Origin: Octopus vulgaris
Lineage: Eukaryota
Length of the DNA: 64,000 nt
Direction of reading: 5' to 3'
Assembly (NCBI GenBank): GCA_951406725.2
Contig: OX597832.1
Location: forward strand, 34,472,001 to 34,536,000
Every line of letters begins with the position of its first letter. Within the stretch, counting starts at the first letter, position 1. The notes beneath the pieces are model-generated. The model saw only the letters and a program-made list of their open reading frames with translations, was not told the DNA's origin and made no database searches. Positions 1 through 14,506 of this stretch are shown piece after piece. The translations under genes and the position numbers were made by a program.

Positions 1-88
1 TCAATAAAATATAGGAACATCCATTTGGGATGTGTGCGGTCATACGTACACCAGTGCTCATTATAGCCTCACAAACATGCATAAACAG

Positions 89-1090
<1,002 letters not shown>

Positions 1091-3058
1091 CACGGTCGTA
1101 TACAACTAAAACCAGAATGGCGCCTAAATGTCGTTATTGCCATTGCTTGCACATTTCCCGTCCCAGCGCAGTCACAAATCAACTCTCCAATCACACTGTA
1201 TTAGAAGTGATCTCCGATCAGCTATTTTAGACTTTGATCTCTTGAAACGATTCCAAAGTGTGTTTCTAGCCAGATCTGTTTCTCCATCAAGGCGTTGTCG
1301 CGCGCGCGCACATGTACTCACACTCACGCACGCACGCACTTACGCATACACACACACATACTCACTATGCGGACTATTGGTACATATAAGTACATGCACT
1401 CATATAATTCCTCTGTCTTTATCTCTCTCTCTTTCTTTCCCTCTCTCACACACACTTCATCTTTGTATCTTCTCTTTCTCCTACCTTCCCCACATTTTTC
1501 CTATTTCTACTTATACTTTTATTATCGCTTTCCTCTGCTGTTCTTTTTTATATATTTTTATTCTCCTCCTGAAATTCTTTACTACTTTTCTATTCTTGTT
1601 TTGTTTTCATTTTATCTAACGCGTTTTTATGAGTCCCGTAGAGTTCTGATAATTTGCCAAGCAGCTTATTCATCGACATAGTTTCGATATACCAATTGAG
1701 CCTCATTCATTTCACTTATGTATTATCTTCCTTGGAGATTTTCTCTGGCAGTAATTACCCCTTAACTTGTGAAATAACTTTTACTGATGTTAAACCTGTA
1801 CCAAAGTCCCGGGTGGGGTGGAATTTAATGTTGCACCAAACATAACTTTATATTTCAAATGTGATATTGTATGAGTTTGTTATGATACACCACAGCAATA
1901 AACATGCTATACATCGTTATGTTAGCCATACTGATACTACGTCATCGCATTTATCATCATTCTTTTAGTAATTATGTCCATCATGTGTTGTATGTTTTGT
2001 TATTCTTATGTTATTGACTTAATCATTCCGTTGCGATTTAACCGTGTCACAATACAACCATGTTTTTTTTTTTATTCATATGCTGTGCGGTGGATTACAT
2101 AATTTTCCGAGTACACTTACTGTCAAATATTCACTGCTGAATTAACAATTGAACAATGCAAAGTTTTACACATATACCTTTTTGTGCGCGCGTGTGTGTG
2201 TGTGTGTGTGTACGAGCATGTATGCGGCTATGTATATATTATTTTTTGGCGAATGCGTGGGTGAGCATGTGTGTGTTTCAAGTGAGGGTGGATGGGTATA
2301 TACATATAGGCACATGTACGTGGGTGTACGGACGTGCAAGTGTATGTAAGGACATGCGTGATTATGCAAATACTATGAACTTTTTTACCTCCTTACTTTT
2401 TACTCTCTCCCCTCACTTAGCGGTCATTCAAATAGCTCTTTTCTCTTAACAACGATCAATCACACAGTAATTTCCCTTTGTTTAACGGTCATTTTCATAG
2501 CATTTTTTTCGATGGCCTGATAACTGAAGAGATGCCGGCGTGGATTTACGACCCGACATTCGAAACTCGGAGTTTTATCATGGCTACGGAATAATTGTCA
2601 CATTTTTTTACCGCACAGCCATACCTATAGATAATTGAGCAATACAATGATACTTCACATGCTGCGTGGTATGTTATAGAAATTTCCTTGTGGGCTTTGT
2701 ATGAACTATTCCCTATGCATGAATAATTTCAGATATCTGCTGAAATACGACTAAATCGAGCTGAAAATACTTGCATGCTTCATGCTACACTGAAACCGAA
2801 TCAGTTTCACATCTCTTAGTTACAATAAATACACAGAGGAGAAGTAGTGGTTCCATTAGCATTTGGAAACCTTGCCTGACTGATGAGGTCGATGCAGTGA
2901 GATTGAAATTAAACCGACCTCCTTTGATTCTTGCTGGTAAAACAAGAGCATGAATGACTAAGTAATGGATTTTTAAGATAAGAGAGACTAGTGAATTAAA
3001 AAAAAAGGATTAGAGACTGGTGCATCTGTCGACCTTATGCGAGAGTGAAGGTAGCAGG

Positions 3059-5650
3059 CATCCGTGAGGACCTCACACCCCAGGTCCTTTTGTCATACTC
3101 AAATTCGGTGTGTGACACACTAATTGTACATATAAGGCAACTTGGTGTAGTTATATGTGCTACATATCGCCCTCCAGATGCCCCAAGCCATGTAGGCAAG
3201 TTTGAAGACTGCCTTATAAAAATAGAAGAAGTTCTAGTCACATTAGAACAACACATAAGTGTACTTCTTATCGGAGACTTCAATCTACCCAATGTCAGAT
3301 GGCCCGAGGGCCTTTCTCTCCCAGGAATGACACGATGTGAACGAGGACAGGTGAGGTCCCTCCTGAACGTCATCAACACTCTCTACATGGAGCAAGTAAT
3401 ACTCCAACCAACCAGGGCAGGTAACATACTGGATCTCTGCTTCACAAATAATATGGATCTCATCCATAATGTGAAAGTGACACCGACACTACTCTCGGAT
3501 CACAACATGGTAGAGCTGACCATGTACGGTCCAAAGGAAAGCATGGACATGCAGCCTACAAGAAACTCTCAGAATCTTTCCAGCTTGAACTTCCATAAGG
3601 CAAACTGGAAACAAATTGAGAAAGAGATCCTCAAACAAAACTGGCCTGAATGTCTCTCCTCGCCATATATCGACGTGAAACTTCAACAATTCATGTCTGT
3701 AATGCAAGCCATATGCTACAAATGTGTCCCAGAGAGAAAGGTCATTGTACACAAGAACAAAATCCCCAAAGAGAGGAAAATTCTAATGAGACAGAGTACA
3801 AAAGTTTCAAATCGCCTAAACAAACAAATTGAAAGCAATGAAAAGTCCCGCCTAAAAATAAAACTGTTGGAAATTGAAAAATGTCTGCAACTCTCCCATG
3901 AAAAAGAAAGAGCAGACAAAGAAGCCTGGGCTATAGACAACATAAAATCTAACCCCAGAACTCTCTACAGGTATGCCAAAGAAACAGCTACGGTGCACTG
4001 TAGGATAGGGCCACTCCTTGAAAAGGATGGCACACTCACAGGAAATCCAATGAGAGTAAGTGAAATACTAAATGAGCAATTCAAGAGTGTTTTCACGCCA
4101 CCCCTAGGGCATTTTCAAGTCAGCAATCCAACTGACCTCTTTACCACTGCAGATATAAAATCAGAGGCAGCGATGATTGATTACATCAATATAAAGGAAG
4201 ACGATGTAATAAAGGCTATAGAGGAAATGAAAACAAACTCAGCTACTGGCCTCGATGGATTTCCAGCAATCCTTCTTAAAGTATGTAAGAGAGTCCTAGC
4301 AAGACCACTGCAGTTCCTCTTTCAGAGCTTCCTTGAAACTGGCAAACTTCCAAGAAAACTGAAGGAAAGTAAAATATGCCCTATTCATAAAGGAGGTAGC
4401 AGAGCGAATGCCAAGAACTACAGACCTATCTCTCTGACCTCACACATCAGCAAGGTCATGGAACGAATAGTCAGAAGGAAACTAATCACCTTCCTTGAAG
4501 AAAATTACTTACTGCCTGACACCCAACATGGTTTCCGACCAGGAAGAAGCTGCTTAACTCAGCTCCTACAACACTGACTTGGCGCTGAAACGACTGCTCA
4601 ACCACTCAAATGTGGAAGTCATATATCTCGACTTTGCAAAGGCCTTTGATAAAGTCGATCATGGAATGATATCTCACAAACTGTGTGATCTTGGCATAGT
4701 TGGAAAATTGGGAGAATGCTTCATGACTTTCTGAAGGATAGAAGTCAGGTGGTAGTAGCCAATGGGGTTACTTCCATTAACACGCAAATAGTGAGCGGTG
4801 TTCCGTAAGGCACTGTTTTGGGACCACTACTGTTCATAAGGGCCTTCTCAGACATGCCTTCAGCCACGCAGAGAGCCACGATCACAAGTTATGCAGATGA
4901 TACAAAAGTTTCGCAGGCAATACAGAACCCTGAAGACACTAAGCACCTGTAATGTGAGCTGGACAAAATATACAAGTGGGCTGAAAAGAATAGCATGCAG
5001 TTCAATGCTGAAAAAGTTTCAAGCTTTATGCTATCAAAATGCAAAACTAAATGCAATACCCAATAAATACACTGGACCTGGAGGGATTGCAATCCCAGAG
5101 GCACAATCAGTGCGAGACTTGGGTATTTACATGAGTGATGATGCAACCTTTCATGTGAATGTTGCTAAATTGGCAATGAAATGTAGGCGGCTGACCGGAT
5201 GGATTCTTAGAACCTTTAGAACAAGAGACCAGGAAACCATGATGGTCCTCTGGAGGACACTTGTCCTAAGCCACTTTGACTATTGCTCTCAGCTATGGTC
5301 ACCATCCAGTGTCAAGTTAATCACAGAACTTGAGGCGATCCAACGAAGCTACACGAAGAAGATAGCTTCTGTGCAGCATATAAGCTACTGGGAAAGACTC
5401 AAGAGATTAAGACTCTATTCCTTAGAGCGTAGGCGAGAAAGATATGCCATAATATACATCTGGAAGATCCTAGAAGGACTTGTCCCAAACTTTGGCATCG
5501 AGAGTTACACAAATGCTAGAACTGGGCGCCACTGCATGGTGCCAAGGACTCCAAATTTGCCATCAAGATGTAGGACAAGATACTGTGATAGCCTGGGCTT
5601 CAGAGACCCACAGCTCTTCAATATCCTCCCGAAGAACCTGAGAGACCTGC
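3059..5650 (+). mobile_element. LINE family A, decayed copy truncated at both ends (APE-RT ORF2 pseudogene)
   Basis: APE motifs (YRPP, GDFN, LDL, SDHN) and RT motifs ([25 protein letters not shown]) with stops and frameshifts after 4577; ends at ...AGAGACCTGCA without 3'UTR or tail; not in a TA tract. Confidence 0.92.
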
Positions 5651-5837
5651 AAAGTTGCCACTTGATATGGACATTTTTTATTAATGGAAAACCTCTATAA
5701 TTGGCTGGTGAGTGCTCAGCATTTTAAAATTGTTGTAATACTTACAACATTTAATAAAATGATGTCGTACGAAACGATCGTACCAAATTACCGGAGTCAT
5801 TCTTGTTGCTTATTGATATATATATATATATATATAT

Positions 5838-6010
5838 AAGGCGAGCTGGCAGAATCCTTTGCACGCCGGGCGAAATGCTTAGCGGTATTTTGTTTGCCGT
5901 TACGTTCTGAGTTCAAATTCCGTCGAGGTTGACTTTGTCGATGTCGACTTAATCCCTTTCTCTGCCCTTGTTTATCTCCTCTATCTTTAGCCCCTTGTGG
6001 ACAATAAAGA
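5838..6010 (+). mobile_element. tRNA-derived SINE (cephalopod type), partial
   Basis: Head GGCGAGCTGGCAGAATC...GAGTTCAAATTCCG with A/B-box-like motifs; same family as 12620-12822; follows a TA tract. Confidence 0.75.
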
Positions 6011-6671
6011 AATATATATATACATACATATTTATACATGTGTGTATAATATAGAGAGAGAGATAGATAGATAGACGTGTTTGTGCTCGCACGCGTTTGT
6101 GTGTATTATCGTTTATAAAGTCTCATGGCGACCGTATTCGTCCACACGTGACCTCTGGTATGACCTTGCATGGCAACCACACATTACTGAACTAATATCT
6201 AACGAAATTCTTTCATCAGGGGCAAAATATATCCCTAACCCCAATTCTCTCTCTCTCTTTTCCTCTCTCACTCCCACTCCCTTTCCCCCTCTGTCTTTCT
6301 ATCTCTTTCCATCTATCTGCCAACCTACATATCTATCTTTCTATTTTATATAATCTCTCTATTCCCTCCCTCCCTCCTCAATGTTTCTCTCTTTTTCTCG
6401 CTTTCTTCTCTTCTGACTCTTTCTCACTCACTCACTTTTTTTCTCTTTGTTTCAATCTGTCTGTCTCTATCTCTCTCACTCTTTCTCTCTATATATCTAT
6501 CTATCGATCATCATCTCTCAACTGGACTTACTCTCCTTTACACATTCATATTGCCTTGCACTCGTACTTCTTTCCATTTTCTCACCCTCTCTTCCCCTGA
6601 ACCCACCACAACTACATTCTTTACTCTCACTACCTCTCTTCTTTCCTTCGCCTTACATATATATACATGTT

Positions 6672-6706
<35 letters not shown>

Positions 6707-7014
6707 GTTTGTGTGTGTACACACACACACACACACACACAGTCTTTCTGTTATAAATCTCTTAAAATAATGCTTCAAAAGCCGTTCATGTTACCGATAT
6801 TTGTGTTCCTCCCATCGTTCCATAATTACACACACATACACACACACTCACACACACATACACACGTGCACACATACATAAATACACACATATATACACA
6901 TACATAAATACACACATATATACACATACGCAAAGTTATATTTTGCTAAAAGTTTAGGTTTTATACATTTATATTGATATTTGTATTCTATACTTGTGTG
7001 CGTGTTTTACGTAT

Positions 7015-7074
<60 letters not shown>

Positions 7075-7185
7075 AACTCTCTTTCTCTCTCTTTTTCTCG
7101 ATTTATCTATCTATCTATCAATACATACATACATACATACATATATACACACACACACACACACACATACACATGCATATAGCCA

Positions 7186-7620
7186 ACAGATGAGATCCAG
7201 AGAACTCCCAATCGAAACAGATCAGGGCCTAGACTACATCAGACCAGAACTAGTGGTGGAACACAAGATGCACCACACGTACTCTATAGTTGATGTTGCG
7301 TAACTCTTTGACTCCCAAAGTCAAGAAGGAAGGTCAATGAAAGTTGCAAAATCCTGTGGGATGCAATGATCCAGTGCGATCACCCAACCAGACACCGGAA
7401 ACCGAACATTGTTGTGGTGAATGAAAAAGAAAGAGCATGTATGATAATCGACATAGCTTGCCCTGTTGACAACAGGATCACTGTGATAGAAAAAGAAAGA
7501 CTAAACAACTATAACGATTTGAAGTGGGAAATACGAAGGCTGTAATCAATGAAGAGAGTAGACGTGAAACAAATAGTAATTGGTGCACTTGCAAGTATCA
7601 GCACTCAACTACCAACTAAA
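7186..7620 (+). pseudogene. two adjacent fragments of R4/Dong-like restriction-like endonuclease (REL) domain
   Basis: Manual translation gives ELPIETDQGLDYIRPELVV...IVDVA* and then NESCKILWDAMIQCDH..RHRKPNIVVV..CMIIDIACPVD..EKERL..Y..LKWEIRRL*..IVIGAL, matching the R(K)PD..IDIA.P.D..KE..KY REL pattern. Confidence 0.75.
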
Positions 7621-7784
7621 AAAAAAACAACATTGGCGCAATTGTGAATACAGAGACCTCTCTCTTAATGTTACTGCCAAAGAAAAAAAAAGAAAAGAAA
7701 GGAGAATGGTTGACAGATGACGACTACATTGAAATACTATTTGCATTTTACACTCTATTACCTCTATTTAACCATCTCACATCG

Positions 7785-7830
7785 TCTCTGATGAAAGGAT
7801 AGCCATAATATCCCATAAACAGCTGTAAGA
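7785..7830 (+). ncRNA. degenerate minimal type-I hammerhead ribozyme motif
   Basis: TCT-CTGATGA-stem II (GGAT..ATCC)-TAAA (GAAA mutated)-CAGCTG-TA-AGA; stem III is the palindrome ACAGCTGT. Confidence 0.5.
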
Positions 7831-8400
7831 TTATATATCCCTTTCCTTATAAATGTCCTGAAAACAACTCCCAACCTCGGCTTTGTTATCTTTTTTGTCT
7901 GTAGTTTTGGCCCGCGCCCTCTCTAAATTTAACTTCCGACAGTGTCGTGTTGGCTTCAGTTCCAGCATCCAGAACCGACCAATTGTTTGGTGGTACAATC
8001 CTTCGAACCAAGAGGTCGCTACCTTGGCCCACCTGTTAATCAGCGATGCTGCTTAAGTGTCAGCCAGCCTCACCTAACGGCGTTATTTCCCAGTCGGCAT
8101 GTTATGGCTTTCAAATCATTTTGGGTCTTCTCATTTCAGCCATATAGAGAAGCTGGCTTTTTCGACCGCCTTATATATCCTCCCTACTACTTTTCTCAGC
8201 TCTGAGCAAGAAAATGCAAACCTTCTTTTAAATAACGTCGCATTTTTCCTTTCAATAAAGCCTCTAGTCTCCACTGCCTGGTGGTAATACTCGACAGTCC
8301 ATCCGTTCTCCGCACTCTTCGATTAATCTCTCACATCTCTTCTCCTTCCGTTGCTCTGCATTAGCGATGCTCTCTTCCCAGGGCACTGTCAGCTCTAGCA

Positions 8401-8446
<46 letters not shown>

Positions 8447-8449
<3 letters not shown>

Positions 8450-9034
8450 ATAATAAAAGGGTAAAATTAATTAATTATTAATTAATTTTACCAAGTAGTG
8501 TTCAGTATGTAAAAAGACCATTTACGGTATATTTAAAACATTATGTTATATAATTAGGGTTCAGTAAAATAATTTACTTTACCACACACCGAACTTTTAG
8601 AAATAGCAGCCAAAAAATCTTAGCTATTTCTTCTACTATAAGAAAAGTCTCCCAGACGAATGCAAAGCCTTATTTGTACTTTTTGAATTCGTTAGTACTG
8701 GCAGTCGAAGATGGTTTGTCTGGGATTACTCATATCAGACGAGTATGTTCGATTTTTAGTGCTCTCAAATCCAAATCTAAAGAAATCTTGAGCTGACGAA
8801 GGAAATGTTGAACTTTATATTCAACTAATCCAGAAACGGGCGTTCTCAAGTAATCGATGTACGTGTGATCTTCCGTTATTTTTCCCACTATACCTGCGTG
8901 AATTATTTTTGAGTATACATTGTCTGGGAGACTTTTCTTATAGTAGAAGAAATAGCTAAGATTTTTTGGCTGCTATTTCTAAAAGTTCGGTGTGTGGTAA
9001 AGTAAATTTTTTTACTGAACCCTAATTATATAAC
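8447..9034. mobile_element. non-coding Penelope-pLTR-like or retrozyme-like element with ~113-bp inverted repeats, inserted in (TA)n
   Basis: Arms 8545-8657 and 8922-9034 are reverse complements (one mismatch seen); TA tracts on both sides; hammerhead motif in the spacer. Confidence 0.7.
8787..8850 (+). ncRNA. minimal type-I hammerhead ribozyme
   Basis: Stem I CTTGAG/CTCAAG, core CTGACGA, stem II GGA..GTTGAA-loop-TTCAAC..TCC, GAAA, short stem III ACG/CGT, GUU cleavage triplet. Confidence 0.75.
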
Positions 9035-9065
<31 letters not shown>

Positions 9066-9809
9066 ATTAAAGTCAAAATGAGGGCGAAAAAATTGGATAT
9101 TAATTTGATAACATCAATATATCCATATATATTCATATAAATATATAGAGAGATATACCTACATACACGCGCGCACGCACGCACACACATAAAGACAAGA
9201 TATTTGATTTTCCTTTCTTATATCTCTCCACCCTTTCTCATTTTATAGATCCCGCTAAATCATCAGAAAATTGAATTCTTAACAAACCAATGACATTGCT
9301 TAAAAATACAGAAACTAAAATACAAAATATATAAACAAATAAACTACTGCGACAACAACTACTACCACTACTACTACCACTACTACCACCACTACTACTA
9401 CCACTACTACCAAATGACGTTGGTGCCAAACCATTTGTGTGCATCGAACTTCATCCGAAGTTTAATACTGCGAAAGTAATTCATTTCTATCCTTCCTCTC
9501 CCCCTCTCTCTCCCTCTGCCTTCCGCTGCCTTCCTCACATTCTTTCCTCCTCTCACCCTCATCCAACACCTCTCTCTCTTTCAAAGTCTTTCTCTCTTTC
9601 TCCTCCCTTCCCCCTCTCCCTTTCTGCCTCTCTTCAACTCTTATTTATATCATTCTTACTTTCTATTTTTTATACAATTTGCCATGATTTCCTTTGTTTT
9701 CTGTTTCATAATGAAAGTAAAGGATTCACTTTCAGATTGTTAAAAATTTTACTTTCTTTCGCTTTGTTTTTCTGTTTCTACCGCATTTTATTGCACACAC
9801 AAACACACA

Positions 9810-9963
9810 CGCACACGTACACACACACACACATACACTCACGTATATACGTATGTATGTATGTACGTACTTACGTATGTATGTACGTACGTATGTATGT
9901 ATGTATGTACGTACGTACGTATGTATGTATGTATGTATGTGTGCATGTATGTATGTATGTATG

Positions 9964-9998
<35 letters not shown>

Positions 9999-10000
9999 GC
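9810..10000. repeat. (CA)n, (TATG/TACG)n and (TAGA)n microsatellites
   Basis: Directly visible. Confidence 0.9.
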
Positions 10001-11178
10001 AGACAGAGTAAAGTGTGGAAGTTTATGAGTAACGAAATTAACAGAATAATATGCGAAGTCAGAAAAATACAACACGAGATGGAGAAGCGTAAACAAATGA
10101 AACAAAAATAGCAACAATTAAACAATGTTTGCAGTGAAAATAAATTGCAAATCCTTTTATCAAAAAAAGGTAAAAGAAATAACAGACAGGGGAAAGAAAT
10201 TATACTAGGAAGAAAGGATGCTAGATTTACCGCATCTCTTTGCATTGTAGGTATGATGTAAAAGGGAAGTTTGGTAGTAGGACCGACAGTAGGTATATAA
10301 TCTGGGTCATAGTGAGAAAAGTGAGAGAGGAAGAAAGAGAGAAGTGTGAGAGCTCAAAATACCAGGTTTACGTGTTTAGTGTTGTTAAGTATCATTTATG
10401 TCTATATGTCTATATCCTATTCTAGATTAACAAAATCGAAAGAAAAATACTTTGTTGCAGTCTTTCTTCATAAATTATGACTACAGACATCATGATCTCA
10501 GAGCTCTATGCCAAAGCCTGACGATTCATAATTTTTCTTGGGAAAGATACAGCTATGGCTATCCATTGAATTTTGCCGGTTCATTTGCAGTTTAGGGTTC
10601 TGTAGAAATGGGGTCTCTTACAGAATTACATTAAGTTTTTCAACCAACCATTTTTCCTTCCTATGTATTATGCAATGGATGTTAACAAATTATCGCCAAG
10701 CATTATATTTAGTCTTCAGCTTCAATAAATCGATACATTTCTGTAATCAAGAGATCAGTCTGTATTAAGTATTATTGATGGAGTTGCTATCATGTCTCAA
10801 TGGATTTTCCACTTGGCAGCATTTTCTAAAGATTCTGCCACAAGAGGAATTCTATCGTCTTTAACTGAAATTTCGAGTCGCTCAGTAGCTTTTACGAAGA
10901 TGCTTTAGATTTCTTCACAATGTTTAATCCATCGCCCCTTCTATAGGACATCAAATGAAAGTCGTCGAGTCAAAAAGGGATTTTCAATTTTGCTAGAGAT
11001 AGCAGCCAAATTTTCCTCAAATTACATATTATCGTCTTACAAATGATTACGTTTAATTATAGAATCTTGTACAACTTTATGTTTAGAAAAAAAACACAAA
11101 GGTCACGGCTAGAATGGCTACACACACACACGCGCGCGCGCGTACAGTGTGTTTGTATTGAATTAGCATTTGTCAAAA

Positions 11179-12263
11179 TTAAGTGTGGAAAACAACATCC
11201 ATCATGTGGTGTCCGTTTTCATTAATGCATTTCTGAAGGCGTTCATAGAAGTTGACCTCCACTCTTTCCAACATTGCTCTGTCGATTTGAGCGACTTCCA
11301 CGCGAATAGCTTCCTTCAAATCGTCCAGTGTACGGGGCTTACGCGCATAAACACGTGCCTTGAGGTTTCCCCACAAGAAATAATCACACATGGACAAATC
11401 AGGAGACCGGGAGGATCCAATGAATGTGAGCAAACCTGTAAATGAGGCAGTCACTGAAGAGAGGGAGAAGAATGTCTATTGATGCTCTGGCTGTGGGCCG
11501 TCGCCCCATCCGGATGAAACCACACACGTCGAATAAGCATGCGTTTCCGTCGTAATTCACAAAGAAGTTGTTTATCTTCTCAATGTAACGCTCGGAGTTC
11601 ACAGTAACAGCATTTCCATTATTGTCTTTAGAAAAGTAAGGACCAATGACGGCAGCTTTTCCAACAGCACGCCAGACTGTCACTTTTGGACTGTGCAGTG
11701 GTCATTCGTGCAATTCCCTCAGATTTTCAAGAGCCCAAATAACCACAGTTCTGTTGATTCACCATGCCACTGAGATGAAAATGAGCTTCATCACACATTA
11801 ACAAAATAAGGTTGTCATTTGCCTCAAAAATTGCTTCCATCTGACGTGCGAAGTTAAGTGCATAATTCCATGGTTTCAACTGTTGCCCAATGAACAATTT
11901 GTACGGGTGGAAATGCAGGTCTTCATGTAAAATACGCCTTAACGATCGATTACCAATGCCAAGTTCAGTGTAATGCCCCCGATTAGAGCGATTCGGACTC
12001 CGAATCAATGCTTGTCTGACGCGTTTCACATTTTCTAGGGTCCGTACCGTTCGTGGCACCCTCACCAACCTCCTATTTATTAGAGTACCTCGTGTACGAA
12101 GTGCATTCACCCAATGTAAGATTGTGTTACGGGTGAGAGCAGCCTGATTTCGGTGAACGTTGAAGCGGTGCCGAACCTCCCGCTGAACTGCTGTGACAGA
12201 CACGTTATTCTTCACGTAACTGTCGTAGGCAAACACACGATGCCCTGTCGTCCACAGCGCCAT
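11179..12263 (-). mobile_element. Tc1/mariner-superfamily transposase pseudogene (DUF4817-type HTH plus DDD domain)
   Basis: Fragments MALWTTGHRVFAYDSY..VTAVQR..F, LH..PYK, DEAHFHLSG.VN.QNC, IGPYF..TVNSERY and SPDLSMCDYFLWG.LK..VY, split over three frames. Confidence 0.88.
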
Positions 12264-12619
12264 GGCTTCACCTAAAAAATAAATAAATGCTAATACACTT
12301 CGGACCGAATGGTACCTGTCGGACATATGTCCTTCCCTTTGGGGTTGAGTAATAGCCATTTCAAAAACGCCCGTCTTCTCTGCCGCACCTTGTGTGTGTG
12401 TATATATATATATATATGTAAGATCCAAGGACTGAAGTGTAGGAACAAGGTTAGCTTCAAGCAAACTGTAGAAAATATAAAAGAACAACTTTCAGGAACA
12501 TTAGTGATTTATTGAGGCGGAAGGTTGTGGATTTTTTCAGTATCGAAGTTTTCTAACTTGAAAGTGGTAAATATCCAAGCGAGGTGTATACCGGATGTTA
12601 TCTACTCCATTCCTTAACT

Positions 12620-12822
12620 CTTCTTTTCTACTCTAGGCACAAAGCCCGGAATCTTGGGGGAGGGGGCCAGTTGATTAGAGCGACTGGTACTTAATCTATC
12701 GACCCCGAAATGATGAAAGGTAAAGTCGACCTCGGCGGAATTTGAACTCAGAACGTAGCGGCAGACGAAATATCGCTAAGCATTTCGCCCGGCGGGTTAA
12801 CCTTTCTACCAGCTCGCCGTCT
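12620..12822 (-). mobile_element. tRNA-derived SINE with 14-bp target-site duplication
   Basis: Same head as the 5838 element; flanked by TCCATTCCTTAACT (12606-12619) and TCCATTCATTAACT (12823-12836). Confidence 0.8.
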
Positions 12823-13295
12823 TCCATTCATTAACTTTTGTATGTATATATTGTTAGGAAAACGATAAAAATGTTTTATCTGTTCATTTTTTCCTTTTGT
12901 ACCCGGAGCCTTCCAAAATATCAGCACCGTGCTCCTTCAGTAAAAACCTGTAGTCCATGTTCCATTTTACAATTTTCCTTTTTCTGTTCCTCGTCCAACA
13001 ACAGGCAGCAATGCCTCACTCGCACCTTGTCCAACTTACGACTGTCTTTTTCTATTCCAATGTCATTCCACTTTTTAATCCCTTCACACAAGTTTCTATT
13101 ACTGTTACCGTACATAATAACAGTTTCCTTTTTTTCCGGAGGTGGTGGTGAGGTTGAATGGCTTCTGTCTGACTGTATTTGTTTTTGTTTCTGTGTTGGA
13201 AGGGTGCGGGTAGGTTCAGTGTCTACAGGGGGTGGGACTGGTGGGAAGAAGCGGGTGTGGGTGGGAGTTGGGTGGGTTGGGGTTCAATATTTATT

Positions 13296-14290
13296 TTACT
13301 TGGTTTTCTCTTTTTTTCTCTGTCTTTTCTTCCCTGGTGTCACCCATTCGCCTTCTGTTCCGCTTACTTCTCTCTTTCTGCTGGTGGTGATATTATTTTG
13401 TCCTTTTCTCCTACCGGTTCTTCCTTTCTTTCTTGTAGAGGGCAGTTGTCTCCAATGTGACCTTTCTGGCCACACTTGTAGCATCTGGGTATCCTGCCCT
13501 CTACAACCATTGTTGTGTCGTCAAAAAAAACACTGTGGTTTCCGGCAAATATTCTATTATATCCTTCGGTCCCCTTACCATATTTATGGATTGCCCTTTC
13601 CAGTTCTCTTGTTTCCGTCTTGATGGCCTGGAGAACCACTAATTCTTTCTTGCTACCAAACAAGACTGCGGCTGCTAACCAAGCCACTTCGACCTCTGGC
13701 GGGGGGTTCCCTCTACATTGACCTTTACAGCACTCATTCCACCATATATTGGCAACATTTTTACTTCCTCGCTCCTTAATATTATTGACTTGTAGTGGCT
13801 ACATCAATAAATTGGACTTTAATTGTACCAAATTTACTGCCTCTTGTTAAATACCTTAATATCCTTCCATAGGGGCCTCAGTACCTTCTCCACTTGACTC
13901 CTTGTCTTCTCTTTTACTCTTCTTTCTGCCACTGAGTGTGTTTTGGACATTACCGTGCTTCCTGTTCTGTTATTAATTATCTCCATTGGCGCTATTACTT
14001 CCACCTTCGTTTCATCCCTCTTCTTCATCATTTTCTTCTTCCACTCGTTCAAATCCATATTACTCTCTCTCTCTCTCTGTTACTTTAGCCGCCTCTGCGA
14101 AGCTTCTATTTCTTTTGTACCACGAAGTATTTGACTGCTCAGAGTCGGACACCTCAATGTAACTGTATTCTGAAGAACTAATTTCTTCAATTTTTTCCTT
14201 TGCTTGCCCTCCTCCATGACGTGGGGAAGCACAACTAGCCTGGCACAAGGCAGAAAAACCAAAGTGTTCAAAGAACGCTGCAGCAATTTC
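13296..14290 (-). pseudogene. Tx1/L1-like ORF1 remnants with CCHC zinc knuckle
   Basis: RCYKCGQKGHIGDNCP (CX2CX4HX4C) in 13364-13687, with fragmented basic ORFs upstream. Confidence 0.6.
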
Positions 14291-14506
14291 TCACTTCTTT
14301 ATTGCCCATTAGGGGCCAACATAGACTAGGACAATATAATCTGAGATCAGATAAACGAATTAATTTTACAGTACAATGGGATTAAAAATTGACACATAAC
14401 TAATGAATGATGACAACACAAAAGACACAACAATGGAGTGGTGCTTGGGATTAGATCCGACCCCACGAGCCCCACTGGATACCTTTTAGGATACATTATG
14501 GCCTAT

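Noticed and set aside
2870-2920. CTGATGA...GAAA possible hammerhead
   Set aside because: Stem II is weak and there is no convincing stem I, stem III or cleavage triplet.
11090-12395. Terminal inverted repeats for the Tc1/mariner element
   Set aside because: Could not find a convincing matching pair by eye.
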